The notes under the pieces are model-generated. The model ran no database searches. It was not told the DNA's origin and saw nothing but the letters and a program-made list of their open reading frames with translations. The translations under genes were made by a program, and so were the position numbers. A stretch of 64,000 nt of DNA from Lama glama (lineage: Eukaryota), in contig CM052817.1 of assembly GCA_028534125.1 (NCBI GenBank), forward strand, positions 93,188,001 to 93,252,000, written 5' to 3'. Shown here piece after piece: positions 1 through 13,023 of the stretch. Numbering within the stretch: the first letter of the stretch is position 1; each line of letters starts with the position of its first letter.

Positions 1-359
1 CCACCCTCACCCAGCACATACATGAGGACGCATATCTTTAATCCCTTCTTAACACAGTGATCTCGAGAGTAGCTTTGAGCCTAACGCTTCTGTGTCTTGG
101 GGTTTACAGGGTGTTTTTATGTGGCTGGAGAGAGGTGTTCAGAGTTCAACTCGCATCGTGGTCCTGGAGAAGATCTTGCTGGTTGGGGCTGATATTGCCT
201 GGAAGTGGTAAAACAGAAAAGCAGCAGCCTTGAACCCCACTAAGGCGCCCCAAAATGGGCCCTACAGCAAAATCATGGAAAAATTATGGAGACTTAATAT
301 AAGGAGACTAGTTCAAATTTTTTTCTTCATTTTGACATAAAGTAAAAATTTCTCAATTT

Positions 360-800
360 GGAGTCTAAAACTTGCCATCAAATGAGCTTACCTTAATTTT
401 CCAATCTCATCATTCTATTTCCCTAAAACTTTCTCCTCCCTTAACTTCATTAGTTGTGCTGTCATGGAATAACTAGATCCTTCCTTTCTGCAAATCCAAG
501 TACTGTGTACTCTGTTGGCTCAAGGTAAGCCACATTTCCTCCAAGAATCTTTTACCATGGCACCCTAGAATATCCAAATCTGCCTCACTCTTCATTAGTT
601 CTCAGTAAAAATGTGTGCATCATGCCACATTATCATATTATCTTGGGCGTGTAATCAAGTTATTTCAAGCAAGTATGATTTGATTCCCAAAATAGGCATC
701 AAGTGTGCTGCAAGTTTCTCTCAGGAGAAGTCCTTTCCATTTTTGTATCCCCAGGGCACTAGTAAATAATGCATTCATTCCACTTGCAAATGTGCGTGAC
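360..800 (+). mobile_element. L2 LINE 3' fragment, highly decayed
   Basis: Pyrimidine-rich L2-like text ending 'tttgtatccccagggcactagtaaataatgcattcattc', resembling the L2 3' end. Confidence 0.5.
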
Positions 801-1179
801 TAGTTGGATAGATGGACGAATACTCAGATCTCCAGTGAAGTTCATTTGAAGGTGAGAGTGAGTAACGCAGGGTCAAAAAAGGGAAAGGAAAAACCAGATA
901 ACATTTACTTTAGAAGAGAGATATATAAGTGAGATCCATGGTCATTCCGAACAGATGGCCCAAACTAAGCTTTTTGAATCGGTTATTGAGTTGTTTGGAA
1001 GTGGCTCCCGTGTAAGCCAAATATTTATGTTTTTCCCCAATTCCTGACACAGCTGTTTCTTTCATCATAATTGACCTGTTTTTCTTTCATTCATTTTTTT
1101 ATGCTGTGTACGTTCTATATGTTTGTTATGGGAAGATTAGATAATTTGGTTCTTAATGAAGAAAAACTTAAAATCACAC

Positions 1180-1510
1180 ATAGTACTACCACTTAGAGGC
1201 GATCACTACGGACAACTATTTTTGTAAGCTTCCATTCTTGTGTATGTACACTTCTTAAATATAAAAATAAGATTATATTATCAATAATATTTTATGAATT
1301 ATTTTCACCTAATTTTTTGTGAACCTCATTTTACTGGCCATAAAGCAAGTACTAATGTAAAATAATTTCTTACTAAAATCCCTTTACAATATTTTATTGT
1401 TGGGCATCGGTAACTTTACATTCTTTCATGGTTATAAATTTTCTTTAATGAGTATCCTTGAGACAAATTTTTTGCATACATTTAATTATTCTTTCAGGGT
1501 ATATTCTTTT
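1180..1510 (-). mobile_element. Old L1 (L1ME-like) 3' fragment
   Basis: 'ttattgttgggcat...atgagtatccttg...tttttgcatacatttaattatt' resembles antisense L1M 3' region. Confidence 0.5.
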
Positions 1511-2199
1511 AAGAGAAATAAATACACTTAAAGAGGCAGTACTGCTCTGGGACCCTTCTCCTCTTGTCACCTTTCTGAATATGCTTCAGAATCCCATTTA
1601 GGGACGTGTTGGAGGAGACACATCTGACATTTCTGCACTCCATTCTCCAACCTCTTCTGGGAGAAAGGGTGGCTAATCTAATTGATCAGAGGGCTCTCTG
1701 CCCGTAGTTAGGATTTTTAAGTTAAAATTCAGATGTGAGTGCATTGTGCTTTCCTGCCTTATCTCACACTCCTAGCACCTTGCATTTCCGTCTGGGCTGG
1801 CATCTGGCACCTAAGTGTCTTTGAACCAGCCATACTCTTGACCCTCTTTGTTCTGACTCTGACCCAGTAGATGGGTGGATTGAACCAGAATTCTCTCTTG
1901 GTTCCGGGTTCTTGTGGCTGGTAGGTAAGTAGAGACAGGTTCAGAGTTTAGGGATTAAGAAATGAGAAGCTATACCTAAGACTCTTGGTTTAAGCCATGT
2001 TCTCAGCTTGTTCCGGTGTGTCAGTGCTTATGTGAAGGGCATGACGGCACGGGTGGTAGGAAGTACTGAACAATATTCACTAGACCAACATTTATTTCAC
2101 CATCATTTATTTTGTGCATCCCCTCTCATTAGTGAAACCTAGAGTAGAGAGTGGATGAGTACTGAAATAAACCATATGTACCTACTTCCTTCAAAAGGG

Positions 2200-2525
2200 C
2201 CTTGAGCATGGAAAGAACTCAGAGCATATTATCAAGTACATTTGTAATGTTTTTGATGTGAAATTTTTAATGTCCATGAAGTTGTGGTCAAATAGAGCAA
2301 ATATTTTATTTATGGTTCTCGTCTTTGTATCTTGCTTGGAAAAACTTTCCTCAGTCCAAACTCCAGTCCATTTGTCTTCCCCACAGGTAGGTTTTGGGTT
2401 ACATTTTTGCTTAGAAATAATTTGACCCTTCACTTTGGTTCAAGGTATAAAGTATAGAGTCTCCATTAATTATTTCCCCTCAAAATTAACCAACTGCATT
2501 TTATTAAATGAGTATTCTTCCACAA
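2200..2525 (-). mobile_element. Old L1 ORF2 3' fragment
   Basis: 'ttatggttctcgtctttgtatcttgcttggaaaaactttcctc...caactgcattttattaaatgag' resembles antisense L1M ORF2. Confidence 0.5.
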
Positions 2526-2660
2526 GTAGTTACATTCCTTTCTTGACTCTCTGTTCTTTCTTATTCATCTGCTTTTTATTCTTATTATTCTGTGAGCAGA
2601 CCAAGAACATTGTTTGTATTAGCGATGTGAACAAGTAAATATGTTCACATAACATTCAAG

Positions 2661-2720
2661 TAACATTAAAGATTAGATTTGGAAGAAAAAATAACATTAC
2701 AGATTAGATTTGGAAGAAAA
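2661..2720 (+). repeat. Tandem duplication, 31-bp unit x2
   Basis: taacattaaagattagatttggaagaaaaaa followed by taacattacagattagatttggaagaaaa; one mismatch. Confidence 0.95.
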
Positions 2721-3893
2721 TGTAAGAGAAAAGTTTTACCCTGTGCAGAATGATGAATCCATAGTTTTGCAAAGGCTTTTAAAAGAAGCAGTGAGTGGAA
2801 TGTAACTGAATGGATGGAGGTAACATAACTAAAAAAGGAGTGGACCCATGATAAGAAGTTTTGGTCATAAAAGGAGACAAGATAAAGAAGAACCATAGAT
2901 GCAAACAAATGTTGGGAAAACTCATGTGTCTGTTCCCTGGAAAAAGGCTTCCTTGGCTAAGATTTGAATTATTCATTGCCAGAGATGGCTGTACCCCTCT
3001 CACAGTGACATCTGCACCTGCCTCTCAGATCCTGAACTTTACTACACTTTTGAATTTTACTTGTTGCCTTTGCTCTGACTTGCTGCTCAAAGAGCAAATC
3101 TCTGAATTAAATCTGACCTCCTGTTGTCTTGCCTAGTGGAAGAGAATGTACTGGTCCGAAGATGCACTTGTCTGGTCCTTGAGCAGATATAAATCTTGTT
3201 GTAGAATTTTAAACTGCCCTCCTCCATGAGCTTGCGGATGTTGGTGTCACCAAGATTTGGGTCTGCACATGTCAAAGCAGCACAATAACTCTAAAATAGT
3301 TTTCCTCTGAGCGGAGCCATTAGGGCTTGTGTAATAATCAGACAGTAGGCCTTCATCTCAGCTGAACCAAACCATCTAGACACCTAAAAGCACATTTTCT
3401 CTATTTCCGTAGAGTTCATTTTCACTTTTTTGTACTTTAGAATGGGGGGACAACAAGGTTTCTGGGACCCTTACTTAATAATGCCAACTTATTTTAAGGG
3501 AAATTTAAGATAAGAACATACGGATAATAGTTCCTTATGCTGATAAGGAATGCTCATTAAAAATGTGTTTATTCCTCTTAGAAAGAAATCACAAGGACAT
3601 GAGATATGGCCAAGACCACCTGCATTGCATCCACTCCAAGAGGTCCTCAAGTTTAGATAAAAATTGTGGACTGCTCGAAGACAGAAAAGTTGGAACCAGT
3701 ATCTGGAAGAACTCTATTTAATTTGTTTTTCAAATCCTGAGGAAAAAACAAATGGATTTAATTGCTTAGCAATTCTTGACCCATCAAGTAAGAGGCAAAA
3801 AAAAAAAGGAGGGGGGTGGTAATTCCACTGCACATCTGTTTCTTTTCCTTTTGAGACAATCTAGTTCAAAGTGATGGTTTAAAAAGTACTTGT

Positions 3894-4159
3894 GGTTTCG
3901 TAGGGGGGGAGGGGCGGGGGAAAGGGGTGGAAAGGGATAAGTTAGGAGTTCGAGATTTGCAGATACTAAGGACTATATATAAAATAGATAAACAACAAGC
4001 TTATACTGTATAGCACAGGGAACTATAGTCAATATTGTGTAGTAATCTATGATGAAAAGAATATGAAAACAAATATAAGTATGTATGTATATGACTGTGA
4101 CATTATGCTGTACATCAGAAATTGACACAACATTGTAAACTGACTATATTTCAACTTAA
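3894..4159 (+). mobile_element. 5'-truncated L1 3' UTR (artiodactyl/camelid lineage)
   Basis: 'gggataagttaggagttcgagatttgcagatac...actgtatagcacagggaactat...acattgtaaactgactat'; TSD aaaaagtacttgt (3881-3893) / aaaaagtatttgt (4160-4172) at a TTT|AAAAA site. Confidence 0.93.
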
Positions 4160-5239
4160 AAAAAGTATTTGTCTTTTCTCAAATACTTTTCTCTGTGATT
4201 CAATAAAAGTAGAAATTATTTTTTAAAGATACAATGTTTCTTTTGGTCTTAAACTTTGAGGTGGGGTTAGTGCTTTGTAACAAGTTGGTAGAACCAGAAG
4301 ATACTGAGAAGTCTCTTGACTAGATAATAAACTGTCCCACCTTCTCCTTTCCTGTTCTCCCCAACCCATTAAATTTCATTCCTCACTAAGTCTTCTAAAG
4401 AGGATTGGACTTCCTTCTCCTCAGTACCTCTTTTCAGCTATCATTGTGACCTATTTTCCCTTCTAGTGTTGCCCTTCATGGTGTTTTTATCTGTACAAAA
4501 TATTAGAAAGAGGACCATCTAAACTTAAGAGTCAGTATTTCAAAATAAAGTATATTTCAGCCTATTCATGAGAGTTTTTCTTTTCTACAAATGGTTTTCC
4601 TCTCCTTACTTAAAAAAAAAAGATTAAAATCTCTCTAATATTAAAAATTGAGAAATTATGCTTTGATATAAAATGTATCAGGAGGAAAAGGTAACTAACA
4701 GACCTTCCTATGGGACCCACACATAAAAGGGTTTTGCTCTATTAAATTATTGTCTTATTTTTTAACCAAAATAACCCATGTACATAATTTTTCACAAGTC
4801 AAATGGAACACAAAGGTTTTTGATTGAAGCAAAAGCAATCTCGTACCCAAGTCTCAGTCTTGCTCAAAGATGACAACCACTAGCAATAATTTTAACACTT
4901 TCATGTTTCTCTTCATATTTCTAAATACTAAATTAGTGTTTTATTTCTAAATAGAATATAATTTTTCATCCTCGATATTATTTTTGGACCCTCTTCTCTG
5001 GCAGAGGAAACTTTTGTGCTTTCATTTATGCCCTTTCCACCCCATACTTCTCTTCATACCAATATAGCAATATCAAAATTTTGGATTAATACTCAGAAAG
5101 CACCAACCTTAAAAGAAAAATTAGATAAACTGCACATCATCAAAACTAAAACCTCTGCTCATAAAAATTCATCATTAAGAAAGTAAACAGACAAGACTCA
5201 GGCTGGAGAAGCTACTCTTAACACAGGCATCAGACGAAG

Positions 5240-5762
5240 TGTAACCCAGCAAGCGGACTCCTTACCCTGTGCAGCAGAAGGAGCAAATACAGAGGCAAGG
5301 GTCTTTTGTAGAAAGAGAAAAAGCTTTATTGTAGGGCGGCCAAGCAAGGAGACAGGAGGCAATGCTCAGATCTGTCTCTCCATCAAAGCTTTGATTGGGG
5401 TATTTATTGTGGAAGTAGGGAGTAGTGGTGGGGGGAGGCTCAGAAATGATTGGTGGAAAGTAAACGTTAAGTTTCACGAGTTCTTTGAGCAGGCGTGACT
5501 GTCCATGCTTCTTCATGGGTTGCATGTACAAATGTGGGGGGCAGGAGTGGGGTTTCTGTGTGTTGCAGGCAGTGAATTTTCAACCTGAAATGTCTAAAGT
5601 TCACTATTGGTCTTTCTAGTCCTTCAATGCGCCTGCGCAAGGCTCAGTCGGCAAGTTGTTTGCATTTCTGCTGTTTCCTTATTGTTCTGCAAAACAAGCT
5701 TGGGGTCTTCGTTAATCATTTTGTTTCTACCCTGAGGGTGCAAGATGCAGTATATGGTTCCA
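5240..5762 (-). mobile_element. ERV1-type solo LTR
   Basis: TG...CA termini, TTTATT (antisense polyA signal) near 5325, flanks gaag/aaag (4-bp TSD, one mismatch), splits L1. Confidence 0.85.
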
Positions 5763-5796
5763 AAAGGATTTCTCCCCCCCAGAAAATGTAAAGAAC

Positions 5797-6264
5797 TGTA
5801 GACGAAATTATTGAGTCCATCTAAGAAAGCAATGAAACTTTTTATTCAAGCCAAATTGAGAATTATAAACCGGGAATAGCCTCTCAGAAAGTTCCAAGAA
5901 CTGTTCCATCTGTTCGAAGTCAAAGCACACTTACATAAGCTTTTTGAGACAGAGAGCTACACATTGAATGACGTGTTATTGACAGTTTACACAAGCCATA
6001 TTTGTAAGTACAAAATGGTGGGTCACTGTGACCCCTTACAAGATCAGGAAGAACTGTTACGTTTATAGGGGTTGTCTTGCTGGTGCTGGGAAGATGTCAC
6101 TGTTTATGGTTGAGCAGGTATTCCTGCCGATGGGGAGGTTTGGTTGATGTAAAATACAGATACACAATGCACAGTAGAGGGGAGATTGGAAACCAAAAGG
6201 CAGAGAAAATCTTTTATGTTCAAATTTTTTTTGTCTTGCCATAAAATATGAATTTTATTTCACA
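5797..6264 (-). mobile_element. ERV1-type solo LTR, different family from 5240-5762
   Basis: TG...CA termini, perfect 4-bp TSD GAAC (5793-5796 / 6265-6268), TTTATT near the left end, splits the L1 'aaagaac|tcttgcaa' text. Confidence 0.88.
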
Positions 6265-6748
6265 GAACTCTTGCAATTTTATAATAAAAAGACAAAGACC
6301 CCAATGTGTAAAAGACTTGACAGATATCTCACCAGAGAAGATATACAAATAGCCAATAAGCACACGAAGAAATGCTCAACATCATTAGTCTTCAGGCAAA
6401 TGCAATTCAAAGCCACAGTGACAATCTACTGCACACCAACTAAAACAGTTGCAATGGAAAAAATGATAACACCAGATGCTGGAGAGGATGCAGAGCGACT
6501 AGAACTCTGATTCACTGCTTTTGGGTGTGTTAAATAGTATAACAACTTTGGGAGACAGTTTGGCAATTTCTTATGAAGTTAAACATATACTTACCATACA
6601 AGCCAGCCACTGCACTCCTAGATACAATGACTTTTATTTGTAATAGCCTCAAACTGGAAATAGACCCAGGGTCCACCAACAAAGGAACAGGTTAACAAAA
6701 TGTAGTATAGTCATACAATTAAATACTACTCTGTAATAAAAAAAAAGG

Positions 6749-7106
6749 ATATAATTTCACTTATTTGTGAAATCTAAAAAAAAAAAAGATACAAATCAAC
6801 TTATTTATAAACCAGAAACAGATGCACAGACAGAAAACAAACTATGGTTACCAAAGGAGAAAGGAGAGGAGAGGGATAAATTAGGAGTTTAGGAGTAATA
6901 TATACACACTGCTATATATAAAATAGATAAAGAGCAAGAACTTACTGTATAGCACAGGGAACTATAGTCAACATCTTTTAATAACCTAGAATGGATAAGA
7001 ATCTGGAAAAGAATCTGGAAAAGAATCAGTTATATATATATAACTGAGTCACTTTGCTGTACACTTGAAATGTATTACAATCAACTATTTTTCAATTTTA
7101 AAAAAA
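6749..7106 (+). mobile_element. 5'-truncated younger L1 3' UTR inserted in older L1
   Basis: 'atggttaccaaaggagaaagg...gggataaattaggagttt...actgtatagcacagggaactatagtcaa', A tail, aaaaaagg flanks on both sides. Confidence 0.9.
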
Positions 7107-7819
7107 GGGACAAATTGATGAAACATGAATCTTGAGAGTCATTGTTATGAAGTTCACCAAAACCATGCTAAATGAAAGGAGAGAGACCTAACAGTATTTA
7201 TTGTAAGATTCCACTTATATAATGCTCTAGAGCCAGCAAAACAAATGATATTTTCTTCAGGAGAAATTTTAACTGGGAAGGGACACATGGGATATTTCTG
7301 TGGTGATGAAGATATTCCATGCCTTTGTAGACGTGTGGATTATACTAACATATACATTTATCAAACCTTTGATGTACACACTTAAGATTTCTGTATTGCA
7401 TGGTGTATAAATTATATTCAATGAAAAATACTTTTTTTTCAAATTTCTTATCTTATTTTTTGTCAAACAGATAGGACCTGATGTGTTTCCCTGTCTATGG
7501 AGTTAACTTAATGTAGCCAGATTTGAGTTATCATTGAAAGAAGTTCTAAAATGTCTTTTTTCCCCCAAAGACTTTAGGGATTTAAATAATTCATGTTCAC
7601 AGATATGAACCTGGCTTTAAATAGTACTTCGCCTACTTAGTGAGTGAGGATCATTCACCAGCAGGTGTAAAGCAACTGTGCAGTGGAGAAGTGCCTGAGC
7701 ATTACAAGAAGTCTGACTAATGGAATCATTATCACACGGAGCATGATTTTATAGTGTTGCAAATGTGTTGAGCTTTTTAAGCCAGGGGGACCTGATTTCT
7801 ATTTTGCTGGGATGCCTTA

Positions 7820-7950
7820 AACAATGGGTTATTCTAAAACGATTAGTCGACGTATATTTATTAAGAACTCACAGATGACCCAGCCCTCCCCAGACTTACT
7901 TGGCAAATACCAATCTAGGGCTGAGACTAATTTTCTAACAAACATATCAG
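7820..7950. mobile_element. MER5-like hAT-Charlie fragment
   Basis: 'cacagatgacccagccctccccagacttact...ttttctaacaaac' resembles the MER5 core. Confidence 0.45.
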
Positions 7951-8329
7951 TCTCATTTATCTAATTCAATGTTGTCCTTGTAAGTCCTTGGATCTAGATC
8001 CTCATTTAAATGATATGCTTTTTGCTTAAAACCTTAAGAGCTAATTTTAAAAAGCACCTGAAAAAAGTTATTACAGATTTTTTAAATCAACTTAATCATA
8101 CTCTTTATTCAAATATAGTTCCAAATTATACTTGATTATTATGTTTTTAAAACCCTATCCTCAAAAGATGGTAATTTGATACCATTGAGAATATTTGCAA
8201 GCTCCATTTGTGGGTCCTAGTATTATTTCTAAGAACTACATTATTAGTTTATTTGAAAAATATTAAAGGAGTAGTTTCAAGGTAATTGGTACTCAAATGG
8301 GTAATAGGAATATAATATGAAAAATATAC

Positions 8330-9600
8330 AACTTCTACTTATTCCTGCTCCAACTCTCAAGAGACAGAAATGCCAAGTGGTAACACAATTTTATAAGTCC
8401 ATGCTAGAATTATGTGAAAGTTGCCATGAAGGAAGGTCAGTGAAGGAGTCACAACTTCTTCACAGAGGTGGTAACAGAGAAGTTTGATAGGAAAACAAGG
8501 CACAGAAATTACCCTCAATAGAAAGAGCGGCAGGTGTGAAGGTATGAAGGCACAGAGACAAGACAGATACGCTATGGTTAGAGATTTGCAAATATTCCAC
8601 TATATCTGAAGCGCAGAGACCAGAAAAGTATTTAGGGCACCAGATAACGAAAATTAGTCCTTACAGGACAAGTCTGGAATTTCAGTTTTATCCCATGTGA
8701 GAACAGGAATCAAGGATATTTAAGTAGGGAACTCAGATGTCCATATTTGTGTTTTTGAAAGATCCCTCTGCTGCCAGTGACTAAGAAGGCCTTAAATTTC
8801 CCTTCAGCTTGACTAAACTTTAGCCCCTGACCTCCCTGTCTTAGAACATTTACTTTAAAAAACTTGTAATCGCATGTTCTTTCTCTGTTTCTTTGAGATG
8901 TATGTAAATCTTCTTAAAAGCCTCTTGCCAGTTTTACAACTCAGGGAATGTCTTCCTCAAGGACCTGGGGACCATCTCTTTGAAATGCAACCATCAAAAA
9001 GATAGCCCCTCCATCTCCCAGCCTCTGCGGGAGGGTGGAACCTCCTTGTTCCAAAACTACCTCTTATTATGAAGGTAGGAGGAAGTTTACTTTTCCAATG
9101 GGTAAGACTAGGTAGCAAACCCTGGTTGGCAGGCAGGGTGTCATACAATTCCTCCCAGCTCTTCAAAACCCTCCAGCCTTTCGTTTCAGTGGAGTTGAGT
9201 GCCATCTTTACCCTATAACAAGCAATAGTCTTGAATAAAGTCTTCGTTGCCTGTTTAATTTTTGTTCAGTTCAATTTTGAGTTTGACACCAGTTTGGATA
9301 ATGGTTTTATAGGTAATAGATAAAGGGGAGAGGGCACGGGATACAGGCGATTAGTTACGAATCCATTAACATGAAGCAAGTAGAACTATTGAGATTTCAT
9401 TAACAAATTAGCTGAAGAAGAGACAAAAGTAAGAAATATTTAGTGTAGTGTCTAAAGGACTTGGTGACCATGGATTTTTAGACAAGGATGGAGAATGATT
9501 CTCAAGGTTTTGATAAGAAGCAAAGTTTTTGACCTAGTGAATCTTGCTAAAAAGGAATGATGAAGCAAGTTAAATTTGATGTATAAAAATGGAAATGGGT
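8330..9600 (-). mobile_element. L2 LINE fragment, interrupted by LTR 8778-9288
   Basis: Purine-rich antisense L2 text ('cttcacagaggtggtaac', 'tttgtgtttttgaaagatccctctgctgccag', 'aaggacttggtgac') continuing across the LTR. Confidence 0.7.
8778..9288 (+). mobile_element. ERV1 solo LTR, MER39/MER34-like
   Basis: TG...CA, perfect TSD CCAG (8774-8777 / 9289-9292), AATAAA 9234-9239, 'cagcttgactaaacttt...ctcaaggacctgggg...ctttgaaatg' as in MER39. Confidence 0.9.
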
Positions 9601-10896
9601 AAGTGTATTTTTGTCATTTCAGCTCCCTGGGTTGATAACCTGGAGACCCACAGAAACTACATGTCTCAGGCAAAGTTCCCCCACATGGATTGAAGACACA
9701 GACCATAGAGAAAAGAATGTGGTAGTGGATAATGTTGGCAGAACTCATTTTGAGAAAATGGAAGTCCTCTCACATAGTTCTTCCTTTCTGCTTCAGCCAT
9801 AAGTTCCTGTAAATATATTGCTGGTTGCTGAGGGGTACTAGGGGACAAGCATCTTGCATCTGCCCTCTACACTGGTCAAGGCAATCTCATCACTGTTATT
9901 ATTTGATTAGATTTAATGCTGGAACCAAGGGTCCATTTGTGAGATATTGGCAAATAATAGGTTGAACAGATCTTCTGCCTATTTTCAGCTGGAACATAAA
10001 ACTCTCTGTCTCCTGGGCCATTCTCTACATTTCATCGACAGACGGTGTCACAGTCAATTGCTATGCTCTTGTACCAGCATATAAAATCTAAAGCAGCTAT
10101 CCAAGGGTGCATTAAATATAAAACGCCTGAGTCATTCTGTCTTACATGGAAACATATGGGAATCTTTGCTTCCTAATAAAGAAAACAATGGGGGTGGAGG
10201 CAGTCACTACGGGATTAATCTGAAACACAAAGCTTCCAGGCTCAGCAAACAGCTTGAAATGTGCAACAGTTTTAGGCTGTTAACTTTCAAATAAAATGGA
10301 ATTAGAGAGGGGGAGTATTCATTTCCCCCAAATTTCAAAAAAACTCAATTCCTCACCAACCCCCAGAGCCCAGATGAACTCCTCATTTTAATAGCAAGTT
10401 TCTTTAGACAATACTTTATCATCATGTTCAGGACACACTTTCTATCTTCAAAGACTAACCCCGGTTTACTCCCTAATTCCAGTCATTCTTTCACCAATGA
10501 ACATCCAGAATGAATGTGCTTGATTTCATCTTCCCATTTGAAGCTTTTTAAGAGTCAGTCTGATGTGAGTAAGGCCATTTGGCTCCATCACTGAACTACA
10601 CTGTACTTGGAATGGGGGACAGAAATGCAAGGGCTTTGAAAATGGGATGATTCATAAATTCCAGAGATCCTGCATTTGCCATAGGGACAATTGAACTGAT
10701 GGCATCACGTTCATGGAACTGGATTTGAGCAATTGCAGGATGAGCTACGCTGTTCCTAGTTGGAAAAGTGTGAAGAAAGGAAAGAATACTTTTGCCCACA
10801 TAGATGTAAACTTATGGAAGTTTATCCTCCATGAATTTATGCAAGCTCAATATTAAGCCCATAAATTAGAGAATGGAGCTACCTTGTACATGTTGA

Positions 10897-10990
10897 CCTC
10901 CTTCCCTCCCTCCCTTTCTCCCTCCTTCCTTCCCTTCCTTCCTTCCATTCTCACTTCCTTCCTCCCTCCCTTCCATCCTTCCTTCCTACC
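10897..10990. repeat. (TTCC/TCCC)n low-complexity pyrimidine tract
   Basis: Read directly from sequence. Confidence 0.9.
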
Positions 10991-13023
10991 ATTTGTCCTT
11001 TTGTCTATCCTTCCTTCTGTACTTTCCTTGGTGATTAAAGATCACTAAGATGTACTGTTGCTGCTTGATGCTGTTGGCAAGACCTTTAAAGCAGTTCCAA
11101 TCTGATGGTCTAAAAATTCCATTTCTCACTAAAACCAAAATAAAACTTTAGGGCTTCTAGTTGAAATCTCCTGTCTTTGAAGGTCTAGACATAAATCTTA
11201 TTGATGGAATTATTTACTATGTTCTAGATCTAAATATTGAGAAGCAGTTTATTTTCATGCCAGTAATCATATAATCAGTGGTCTCTAGTGAATTAGAAAA
11301 TTTTTATTCCTTCCTTCCTTGTCCATAATTCAAAATAACAAACTCCAAACCATTGGATCTCAGGAACATATTTAGGCAGAAAGGATGTGCCATTCTACGT
11401 TGGAGTATGGAAAACATTGGCTAAAATGGATATGGTCACAAAATATTATTTAACTAACATAAATACTTAGGAACCGACTGGTAGCAGATGGTTTTAGTTT
11501 TCTGAAGGCATATACCCCACATTCTACACACCCATCAACTACCTGCATTTTCTGGTCATCCATGTCAGCCCTTGTGGCAACACCAACATGGTTCAGTTCT
11601 GTTTATGAGAATTCAACGGACGGCAGCACAAGCAGTTCAAGCTATAAACAGTGGAAGGAAGGAAACAGAACCTTGCAGACAGTGGGCTTTCATGACGTGG
11701 GTCTGGTGCACATTGCGACCTAACAAATAGTTTTCTTTTATGCATCTGATGCATATTCCAATGACCCAAAGTCTGCTTCTCTCTCCACTTCAGGCAGGTA
11801 AATGCCAAGGCGCCCTCTTGAAATAGGATATATAAACCATCAGTTTCTTGTGAATGACTTTAAAGGAGTGAGATGAATATTTTATAGCCTTCTTGGGCAG
11901 GTTAACCATCAAGAGAGTGAGCTGACTGACTGAATAGTTATTGGACTTCAGCAAAGCACCAGGTCCACCTGCTTGATGGTCTCTAGACACGCCTGCTCTG
12001 GGGTGGAAAGTAAAATGACTTATACCTAAATTAATGTTATGCTAAGATATTTTGAATGTTTACAGTACAAATTAATCACAAATCAATCCTTAATGACATG
12101 TGCATCTCTGTTAGTGTAAAAAATTTAAAAATTAAAAAAAAGCTTAAAAATTGCCAAAGCATCTTCTCTCAGAGAGCTTTGTTTTTCAGAAATACAGACA
12201 ATTCCAATAAATTATGAATCCCAAAGAAAGGAACAATATTGATAATTATTGATTTTCATTCACATTTGGTCCCATGTGTGCCAATCATATTTTTCTGGGA
12301 AGGAGATTGAAATAAAGGCCAATATGCTAAGCAGTAGTTCTAAGATAGTTTTTGTGTGTTTGAACTCCTATTAAGCAATGAATGCTCCATTTGTACGAAA
12401 AATATGCTATATTAAAAATTTGCTTTTAACTTCTAAATGTAGATGGCGCAACCATTGCTGAAAGCCTCGAAGGACGTGAGTGACACTACCACCACCAGTG
12501 TACATCTTACAAGTGGTACTACGGGAAGGGAAGGCAATGTTTTCTGCTTAAGAAGGTATGTCTTATTCAAATGTGTTTCTTAAGGTCATGCTCTAATATT
12601 GCTGAGATGTTGTAATTCCAAAGTCTTCAAGAAAGTATTCCTGGTCAAAAGGGAGACTATGAAATTTTCAAGGTTTTAGCAATGTTGTTAAAGAAAGAGC
12701 TTATGTGTAAAGCTAAGCTTAGTATGAAAACCAGAGCAATGACTTCAAGTAGAAGATAGAAAAGAGATGTCAGAAACAAACCCAGAAGGTGGCTGGTCTG
12801 TAGGCAGGATAGAACAGGAAATTGTGGCTAGTCCAACTAGATTTTTCATACTGTAGGAATGTAGACATGTTACATGGTAAGAATCCTTTCTTGCTTCTCA
12901 CTGTGTATAATAAAAACAAGGACAATTTGAATGAAGACACGTATAGAATGAGGCATTTCATTTTTTGTGTTATGTGAAAGGACAAGCAGACATAATGGAA
13001 AGTCCCCAGCTTTTCCTTTGTAG

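Larger units (their letters stand above)
5100..7430 (+). mobile_element. Old L1 (L1MB/L1MC/L1ME-type) ORF2 end and 3' UTR, interrupted by three later insertions
   Basis: Colinear L1 text on both sides of each insert; ORF 6271-6510 (REDIQIANKHTKKCSTSL...QMQFKAT) is the L1 ORF2 C-terminal region. Confidence 0.9.
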
